Position numbers and translations under genes: made by a program. A DNA stretch of 47,150 nt from Octopus bimaculoides (lineage: Eukaryota): contig NC_068989.1 in NCBI RefSeq assembly GCF_001194135.2, forward strand, positions 76,711,167-76,758,316. Direction: 5' to 3'. The notes beneath the pieces were generated by a model. That model did not search any database and was not told where the DNA came from. It saw only the letters and a list, made by a program, of their open reading frames with translations. Positions 38,350-47,150 of the stretch are shown here, piece by piece (position 1 is the stretch's first letter; the number at the start of each line of letters is the position of its first letter).

Positions 38350-38737
38350 TAGGCGCAGGCGTAGCGGCGTGCTAAGAAACTTGCTTCCCAGAGACATGTT
38401 CCCGTGTTCAGTCCTATTGCATGGCACCTTCGGCAAGTGTCCTGCCAAGGCTATATTAGAAGACACTTGCCGAAGGTGCGATGCAATGGAACTGAACACG
38501 GAACCATGTGTCTAGGAAGCAAGCTTCTTATGTATGTGTGTGCATGTGTGTGCATGTGTCTTTGTGTCCGTGTTTGTCCCCCTATCATCGCTTAATAACC
38601 GTTGTTGGTGTGTTTACGCAGCCGTAAACTAGCGGTTCAGCAAGAGGATAACGAAAGAATAAGTTCCACATTTTAAAAAGGAATACTGGTGTCGATTTTT
38701 TCTACTAAAACCCCTTGATGGCGGGTTTAGATATGGA
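38350..38737 (+). mobile_element. Family B SINE whose middle is replaced by an inverted copy of its own head
   Basis: Head 38350-38441, inverted segment 38442-38530, then internal (TG) tract and normal plus-strand tail. Confidence 0.85.
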
Positions 38738-39710
38738 GTGGATTTAGTACTTCCATTTAGTTGCCAGTATTTGAATGGGGACTGTATTGAGGATGCATTC
38801 GATTTTGAGACACTTTAATGGGCTCTTGGCACCGCGATAAGATATCATCGTATCTAAAAGACTAAAGTATTCGAATAGTAAGCATTCTACTATATTCAAT
38901 CCCTGCAAGAATTTAAAACATTCCGTTAGATATTCAGGATTTCAGTTATTCTATGAGGCATCCATTTATTAGATTACTGTTCAGATACAGATATAAAATC
39001 ATAAAGTCATAAAAATATTTCATTCACATGGACATGTTTATTAAAACACATGAAAGTGAGGCTGTGAATTGGATCTTGTGAGCAATCTAATGTAATATTC
39101 CTTTATTTGAAATAACTTCCATTTTACAATGAGAATTACTTCAATAGTGTAAACAAATTCTTTTTTTCGACTGCTTCACTGAAAGTCAGTTTGTTGACAA
39201 AACCGAAGTCTATTCGCGCAGAGAAATTTGATTTCCATATATCTTCTAAGGCAATTTTGATCAGTTAGTGGAATCAATGAATGTTGTAAACAACAGCTTT
39301 GTGGTGAACACCGCATTTGATCATACTTTTGAAGTTGCTGAGGGCTTCCTTAGTTATCACTGACTTTCACTAAACACTTCACGTTTTATTCTGTTTGCAG
39401 AAATATCAGTATTTGGTAGGAAAATATTTTGCCCGAATTCTTCAAGTAACATCTGTGTGGTTTACGGGCACTGGTATGAATGTTTTAAGAAATGGGATGT
39501 TCTTTTGTATGATTTGGCAAAGAAGGGATATTGATCGAAAGATTGGATGTTTCTTGTTGTTATATGTTCTAGTGAATTTGTCAATACGTTTTGAGAGGAA
39601 TCTCGTTGACGGAATCCCAATTTGTTCCCAACTTATATGTGTGCATGTATGTATTTTTGTATGTATGTAAGTATGTATGGATGCATGTATATACATTTGT
39701 ATGTATGTTC

Positions 39711-39758
<48 letters not shown>

Positions 39759-40489
39759 NNNNNNNNNNNNNNNNNNNNNNNNNNNNNNNNNNNNNNNNNN
39801 NNNNNNNNNNNNNNNNNNNNNNNNNNNNNNNNNNNNNNNNNNNNNNNNNNNNNNNNNNNNNNNNNNNNNNNNNNNNNNNNNNNNNNNNNNNNNNNNNNNN
39901 NNNNNNNNNNNNNNNNNNNNNNNNNNNNNNNNNNNNNNNNNNNNNNNNNNNNNNNNNNNNNNNNNNNNNNNNNNNNNNNNNNNNNNNNNNNNNNNNNNNN
40001 NNNNNNNNNNNNNNNNNNNNNNNNNNNNNNNNNNNNNNNNNNNNNNNNNNNNNNNNNNNNNNNNNNNNNNNNNNNNNNNNNNNNNNNNNNNNNNNNNNNN
40101 NNNNNNNNNNNNNNNNNNNNNNNNNNNNNNNNNNNNNNNNNNNNNNNNNNNNNNNNNNNNNNNNNNNNNNNNNNNNNNNNNNNNNNNNNNNNNNNNNNNN
40201 NNNNNNNNNNNNNNNNNNNNNNNNNNNNNNNNNNNNNNNNNNNNNNNNNNNNNNNNNNNNNNNNNNNNNNNNNNNNNNNNNNNNNNNNNNNNNNNNNNNN
40301 NNNNNNNNNNNNNNNNNNNNNNNNNNNNNNNNNNNNNNNNNNNNNNNNNNNNNNNNNNNNNNNNNNNNNNNNNNNNNNNNNNNNNNNNNNNNNNNNNNNN
40401 NNNNNNNNNNNNNNNNNNNNNNNNNNNNNNNNNNNNNNNNNNNNNNNNNNNNNNNNNNNNNNNNNNNNNNNNNNNNNNNNNNNNNNNNN

Positions 40490-40528
<39 letters not shown>

Positions 40529-41095
40529 TTACTGTTACTTAAAAAAATATTGATTTGGCCTCGTGTAACTTTCGAAACCTCCTCACAGAAACCTAACATG
40601 TTGTGCTTAAACAGCTGATGGAAAAAACAAATGGAGCGTAGAAAACACTTCAAACGGGTAAACCATGGCAATTCCACAACAATCTACGTTCATCAGCTAC
40701 TGATTAGGCGCGTAGTGATTTCAGACCATTTAAAAACAGGATTGCTGTGTAAGCTATGCCAAATAAATTTAAAGTAATTATAATGCTAAGGAATTTCATT
40801 CTGTAAGCACACAGATAAAAAAATTGGATTATGAGACGTGAGTCAGTAACCTTACGAAATAGCGAGCAGATAAATACACAAGACAAAACAGAAATTTTAA
40901 TATGAACTTATAACTATATATATGCGTGCGCGCGTTCATACGTACATACATACATAGCCCACGCCCACCATCCCCTAAATCCACTCCCACATACGCCACC
41001 TCTACCCCACCCTCAGCCTAACCCACACCCCACCCTTGCTTTCTCCACTCTCACCTCCCCCACATCCCAACACCACCGCACACCACCACTGAAAT

Positions 41096-41436
41096 TTGAA
41101 ATCATATTTAACACGTTCACGTGATTGGGGGTGTGAGAAAATAGTCGTAGACGTGTGTGACAACATAAATTGGGCTGTGAATGAAGTTATTGGCTCGTAT
41201 AACGTATGCGTTCGCTGTTTCGTGCGACTTTATTCAATTCTTTTTTGACCACGTGTTCGCACATATTCAAACGTACTGTATGCTCAAACGTATTCGTCCT
41301 ACGATTCGGGGACAACAATTTCAGTCCGATGTGTTTCCACACATGTCTAGGAGGAGAATTTTCTCCTGGGAATATTTCAGCAACGGTAGCTCTTCTGACG
41401 TCCAAATACTTTCAAACGTGTTAAATATGAATTCAA
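41096..41436. mobile_element. MITE-like element (about 340 bp) with 22-bp terminal inverted repeats containing TTAA
   Basis: TTGAAATCATATTTAACACGTT (41096-41117) versus the reverse complement of 41415-41436, 21/22 match. Confidence 0.6.
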
Positions 41437-41749
41437 GTGAATATATTTGATTCAACGCCTCTTTATGCGATATGATAAACTTCAGAAAACAGAGAAAAAT
41501 ATAATGAACTAATACTTATCCTGTTTTCTTAATCACAATTTGTGCGACAAATTTATGAGTAACATTTTATTACTTTGATCAGGAATTAGTATGAAATTTT
41601 TGAAGTCTTATACCACTATGGTCGCTAGAAAAACAGAAAATCCGTGAAATGCCGTTCGATATTTTTACAGGATCTACATGAAGTAAACAATAAGAGTTAC
41701 AAAGCATGATACCATATTAACACACACAAATGTTCAAAATGTTCGATAA

Positions 41750-42157
41750 CAGGAGTGGCTGTGTGGTAAGTAGCTCCTTTACCAACCCCATGGTTCCGGG
41801 TTCAGTCCCTCTGCGTGGCATCTTGGGGAAATCACTCTACTATAGCCTCGGCCCAACCAAAGCCTTGTGAGTGGATTTGTTAGACGGAAACTGAAAGAAG
41901 CTTGTCGTATATACGTGTGTGTGTGTATGTGTGTATGTGTCTGTGTATATATTTATGTGTCTGTGTCTTCCCCCTCACCATCGCTTGACAACTGATTCTG
42001 GCTTGTTTAGGTCCCCATAAGTTGGTGGTTTGGCAAAAGAGACCTGATAGAATAAGTACTAGGCTTACAAAGAATAATTCCTGGGATCGATTTGTTCGAC
42101 TAGAGGCGGTGCTTCAACATGGCCGCAGTCAAGTGGTTGAAATTAATAAAAGAATAA
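41750..42157 (+). mobile_element. Full-length family B tRNA-derived SINE
   Basis: A-box-like TGGCTGTGTGG, B-box GGTTCAGTCCC, internal (TG) tract, tail ending GGCCGCAGTC...AAAAGAATAAA. Confidence 0.9.
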
Positions 42158-42569
42158 ATGAATACAAGAATAACAGAAGCAATGAATCAGGAATCACCTA
42201 TTACATAATATATTGATGATCTAATTAATGTTTGTTAGTTTTGCCTTCAAATTTCCCGCTTTTTTGTGACCACTCTGTCGATTAATGAAAGACACCACTT
42301 TTGAAAACCACAACCTTATATTCATTTTATAAATAAATTCTTACGATTTCTACTCTATTTGCAATGATATCAACGGTGTACGTAAAACTACTGACCGAGA
42401 ATTGAAACCAATGTTTATACATAGTTATCAAATACTACAGAGAACTGATATCTATGATTGTTACTGTGATTTCTTACAGTAAAAACTACGAGTAGCAAGT
42501 TAAAAGAATCACCCAGTAACATATTTGCACATCAGCTATAACATATTACTATAGCATAATAGTTGGACG

Positions 42570-42749
42570 TCCTCGCCGTCGTCGTCACCATGGCCATCAC
42601 CATAATCATAATCCTCATCATCATTTTCATCATCATCACCATCACCACCACCACCACCTCCACCGCTGCCACCACCACCACCACCGACACCAACAACAAC
42701 AACAACACCACCACCACCACCACCACCACCGTCGTCCTCGTCGTCGTCG

Positions 42750-42785
<36 letters not shown>

Positions 42786-43750
42786 TTTGAACAAAACTTT
42801 GATCATCAATGATGACACCATTGATAAAATCGAAAATAATGTCGTTACAATCACTACTACTGCCACTATGTTTGCTGATGCTGTGAGGATTGCAACTGAT
42901 GTTTTATGCTGATGTTGAAGATGATGATGATGATGACGATGATGATGATGATGATGATGATGATATTGATGATGACGATGATGATGATGATGATGATGAT
43001 GATGGTGGTGATGATGATGATTATGGTGATTACGATGATGATGATGATTCCCATCATAACGACTATGGTGACGGTAACGAAGACGACGACGACAAAATCG
43101 ACTGCGATAATGACAACAACTACGATGACTACTATGATGACGACAATGACGATGGTGATGCGGATGATGTTGACGATGGTATCGATAAGGAGGAGGTCGA
43201 AGTAGGTGAAGATGGAGGTGGAGAACGATTACTGCTGTAGTAATACAATATATAATAGTTGATAAATTTATTACAAAATCTAAAACCACCACCACCACCA
43301 TCACCATCACCACCACCACCACAACCGCCGCCACCACCACCACCACCATCACAACCACAACCACCACCACCACCATCANNNNNNNNNNNNNNNNNNNNNN
43401 NNNNNNNNNNNNNNNNNNNNNNNNNNNNNNNNNNNNNNNNNNNNNNNNNNNNNNNNNNNNNNNNNNNNNNNNNNNNNNNNNNNNNNNNNNNNNNNNNNNN
43501 NNNNNNNNNNNNNNNNNNNNNNNNNNNNNNNNNNNNNNNNNNNNNNNNNNNNNNNNNNNNNNNNNNNNNNNNNNNNNNNNNNNNNNNNNNNNNNNNNNNN
43601 NNNNNNNNNNNNNNNNNNNNNNNNNNNNNNNNNNNNNNNNNNNNNNNNNNNNNNNNNNNNNNNNNNNNNNNNNNNNNNNNNNCCACCACCACCACCACCA
43701 TCACCAACGCCAACGACACCACCACCGCCAAGAACACCACCACTGCCGCC
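42570..43750. repeat. Large low-complexity trinucleotide field: (CAT/CAC/CAA)n, then (GAT/GAC)n, then (CAC/CCA)n
   Basis: Directly visible; gives homopolymeric ORFs in several frames on both strands. Confidence 0.93.
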
Positions 43751-44361
43751 ATATTTTGCATGAAGACTGATGGTACAAAGCAACAGTCGGTATTTAAATA
43801 TCTGTTTATCTGTTCTCTAGAAATATTTTAAAGAGGATTTCGTTTCTAAATATTAAAGAAATACAACAGCAACAAAATAATACCAAACGATCTCCTACAA
43901 ATCACAAATGGTTTGACGTATTGCAAATCTATTTGACGGAGAACAACAGAATTCTAAGCTTGGCGTTGCAGATGATGCTGATGCTTCTAACGTTGTAATT
44001 ATTCGGATTTTAAGTGACAGATACTTCCATATGATTATAACATGCTTGCGTTGGCATATGATTCATTCAAGATAGAGAAATATTAGATTTATATTGGAAA
44101 ATTATTACAAATTATCCGCTTGGTTTTACTGAGAGAGATATGTAGTTTTAAACTGTGGGAAAATGGCGGAGATATAATCTGTAATTGGTTTTATTGTTTT
44201 CAAGGATAACTTATGGGCGTACACTGTTAGATATAAACGCATTCGCATATAAACACATGAATCCATATGCACATGCACACGCACACACATTTAATGTGCA
44301 TATCCATCTCCCTGTTTATGTATATCTGTATGTGTGTGTGAGTATGTGTGTGTATATATAC

Positions 44362-44426
<65 letters not shown>

Positions 44427-45639
44427 TAGATGTGGCTGTGTGATACGTTAAGCTTCCCACTTACGTAGTGTCGGTAAATTATATACATACACACATACAT
44501 CCACACATAAATACATGCATACAGATATACACTCACATACACACGCATTCACACAAACGCACAGAGACATATTACTTATAAAGATTCAACAGATTCTACA
44601 CGCATCAACACAGAAATAGCTAGATACGATAACAATGACTCGAGTTCACAGTGAAGTAAGCAACACTGAAAGCATCAAGCGTCGGTAGGACACTAGAAAT
44701 GTAAGTTCCAAATCGAATTTAAACCTCAGATGCAATAGCATAACTTTCTTGAAGTTACATCCTAAAAGAACTACTAGTAATATTCCTATGTTTCAAAGCG
44801 CTCGAACGTTGTCGAAACTGAATTCTTCAAAGCACTTTCTGGGTAAATTAGAAATGTTTTGTACTTGCTATGAGCGAGATGTGATATGTAAAGATCCCAA
44901 TAATAGAATTTAAGGTACTTTTATCTGGATCTCTATACACATATTTCTTTCATTACAACAGATGATAGGAATATTGGTGAAACTATTTCCTGACATTTTA
45001 GTTACAGACAGTTTTAGAGCCAAATATAACTAAATCAAAGAAACTTCAAACATCGCAAACTTTGAGAATGCTTTCCTTTGCTTATTATATTAAGGATCAA
45101 TCAATACACGCTTATCGATCAGGACTGGTTATGACCAGCTCTATTAAAGCTTGAACATTGCAAGAAATAAATAAATGTATAAAAGTAAAACGATGTAAAT
45201 GAAGGAAGAGAGAGTCTGATATAAGAAATAAACTCTTCCAGTGCGTATTTCTGTTGTACATGAAACTGTACACTTCTAGCTATTCAATGACGTAGCAGAA
45301 TTTTAATTTAAACTCATTGAAATGAAATTACGACAGTTTAAGAAGATTTATTTGCAGTATTCACGAATTGAATTATATTTATAGATACATTATTTAACAT
45401 AAAAATGTATTTTTCAAAATTTCATTATACATAAAGAAACACTTCTTTGGACACTTGAGAGATCGTAGATTATCTCACGGAGAATCTGACCAAACTTTTT
45501 GTTGAATAACTTATTTTAAATAGTTGAAGAAATTAACCAGCTTTCATAATATATTATGAAAAAGAGGAATTAAGAGATAGATAAGAATGTTACTTAACTA
45601 TAAAATGGAGTTGATATGACAATTATTTACTTTATCTTG

Positions 45640-45960
45640 AACCATACGATAATACATACCACTATTGATTCGGTGTAGTTCGGTGACTAAGAATGCCATT
45701 TACTGGAAATATTTAAGGTGGATATTTATCCATCCCACTCAGCTGACGGCTTTCAGGAATAGGATAACAACCAATATAGATTTACATTTGATTTGTGGAC
45801 AATTCTGTGAGAGGCTTAAATCTAAGTAAATAAAGTCAATTACTATAAAGTCTATAACTCTTGAGTAGATCAGAAGATTTCTCTCTCGTGAAAGATTAGT
45901 TCGGACATTGTGTTCATATATTTTTGCTTTCCTCTTTGAGATTTTGATTGATGCTAATCT
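45640..45960 (-). mobile_element. Very old CR1/L2-like reverse transcriptase fragment
   Basis: Minus strand reads VIDFIYLDLS then, with a frameshift, RIVHK (45795-45843), resembling YLDFSKAFDxVPH. Downstream there are faint RQL.V and SG matches. Confidence 0.35.
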
Positions 45961-47007
45961 TATTAGACTGTCAACAGGACCTCAAGGGAAATTTCCGTAT
46001 CTGACATCACAAATAGAGCACCCGAATGTAAATATCTTACATACACATTCTGCAAGATAAATCTAACTTGCAACATTCAGATACATTCAGATCTCTTCAC
46101 AACGTTTATTTAACAAATGTTTTTGGATGCTAGTATGAATATGGATTGTATAGAGTATAACACCAATGAATAAAACACACAGCTAAACTGAAACGCATCT
46201 CAGTTGCGACCGTTTGAATGAGAAAAATTACAAGAATTGCATCTAATAAGGAAAAAATATTGACATTTGCCAAACAATCGCAATACATAAATTGTCATCC
46301 TCCAACGTTATAATGTTTTTTTTTATCTATCTTCTCTATGATATTATGTGATATATTTACAAAAGACATACACTAACCATTTTAAGAATAAGCTGACATT
46401 TGCTATCATACGAAAGTTGATACCACACAAAGTCGATGTCGGTAGATTGATGGTTAAAGAATGACTTACACTATCCATCATCTAGTCAGCTCTGTGGACG
46501 ACTAAATGGTATTATAATCGATATTCAATTAGCTATGTCGATACGTAGTCCTTTATGAAGAAAAAAGAGTATGAGAAAAGTATCTATAAATTTTAAGAAG
46601 GGCGTGGATTTTCTTTCAAACTGGTGCATTTATAGTAACGACATGATGATATATCCGATAAAAATGATGCTTTGAATAAAAGTAGCAAAAATAAAGATAA
46701 AGATAAAACCTAATATAACATGCACTAGTGTTTGATTTTGAAAGCACAGTAGAGAGTCAGCGAAGTCTGTAATCATTTACGATTTTCGATATAGATTCGT
46801 TTCATCGAGGAAATGACATTCGAAGTCGTTGTTCGACTATCTAGACATAGTAGCCAAATTCCCTTACAAAAAAAAAAGTAACCTCCTGTTATTAAGAAGG
46901 GAACACATATTTAACAATGTGATTAGTGATATTCAAAATCACGATGTGTTGGCGCGTGGAATGCATTAGATATGCCACCTCGGCAAAAAAGATCAATGTT
47001 GTCTAAA

Positions 47008-47150
47008 TACACCGCCACCGCCACCACCAAATCCACTATCACCACCACCACCAACTCCACCTCCATCACCACCACCACAAATCCACCACCACCACCACCA
47101 CCAAATCCAAATCCACCACCACCGCCGCAGTCCCGACACCGCCGCCACGA
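47008..47150. repeat. Interrupted (ACC)n repeat with recurring AAATCC, running off the window edge
   Basis: Directly visible. Confidence 0.85.

Larger units (their letters stand above)
4729..43682. other. Twelve assembly gaps (N runs), mostly abutting (TA)n or other simple repeats
   Basis: Gaps at 4729-5001, 6616-7074, 10746-11298, 19554-19793, 22940-23431, 25848-26498, 29190-29247, 29664-30441, 34617-34676, 37152-37353, 39759-40489 and 43379-43682. Confidence 0.99.

Noticed and set aside
41187-41405. ORF MDVRRATVAEIF... as a possible Tc1 N-terminus
   Set aside because: It has no convincing HTH or GRP motif and lies wholly inside a short MITE-like element.
42890-43240. Asp-rich ORF resembling acidic biomineralisation proteins
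   Set aside because: It has no ATG start or signal peptide and is embedded in a larger triplet field with equally long ORFs in other frames; best explained as decayed (GAT)n.
4536-43831. Long ORFs containing X runs (e.g. 29566..30711, 39591..40553, 10393..11322)
   Set aside because: They stay open only because N gaps contain no stop codons.
899-44548. Dozens of ORFs rich in YI/CV/HT/ER/MY dipeptides or homopolymers
   Set aside because: They are translations of di-, tri- and tetranucleotide microsatellites, open in several frames on both strands.
1-47150. CRISPR arrays, rRNA, operon-like or viral gene clusters
   Set aside because: I saw no regularly spaced repeat-spacer structure, no rRNA-like sequence and no compact gene cluster; the window is eukaryotic repeat-rich DNA.

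Overview
A 47-kb, AT-rich, microsatellite-dense eukaryotic scaffold segment with 12 N-gaps. The SINE types and repeat density point to an Octopus (coleoid cephalopod) assembly; this is inference from recalled repeat sequences, not a database hit. No intact host gene can be supported, and almost every ORF in the supplied track is a microsatellite or N-gap artefact. The recognisable content is transposon debris: three tRNA-derived SINE families (about 12 copies, two with clear target-site duplications), an internally deleted mariner with both TIRs, another mariner fragment, two MITE-like elements, three RTE LINE fragments, an L1/Tx1-type endonuclease domain, a Penelope GIY-YIG 3' end and a probable old CR1/L2 fragment. 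The features most worth a second look are: a near-perfect 220-bp palindrome (105-bp arms); a SINE carrying a 69-bp fold-back of its own head; a young inverted SINE pair 5 kb apart; three degenerate minimal hammerhead-ribozyme-like motifs, two of them just downstream of Penelope-like GIY-YIG tails; and several unidentified exon-like segments. I did not find convincing evidence of a wholly new biological system. The hairpin and ribozyme-remnant observations are the best leads.
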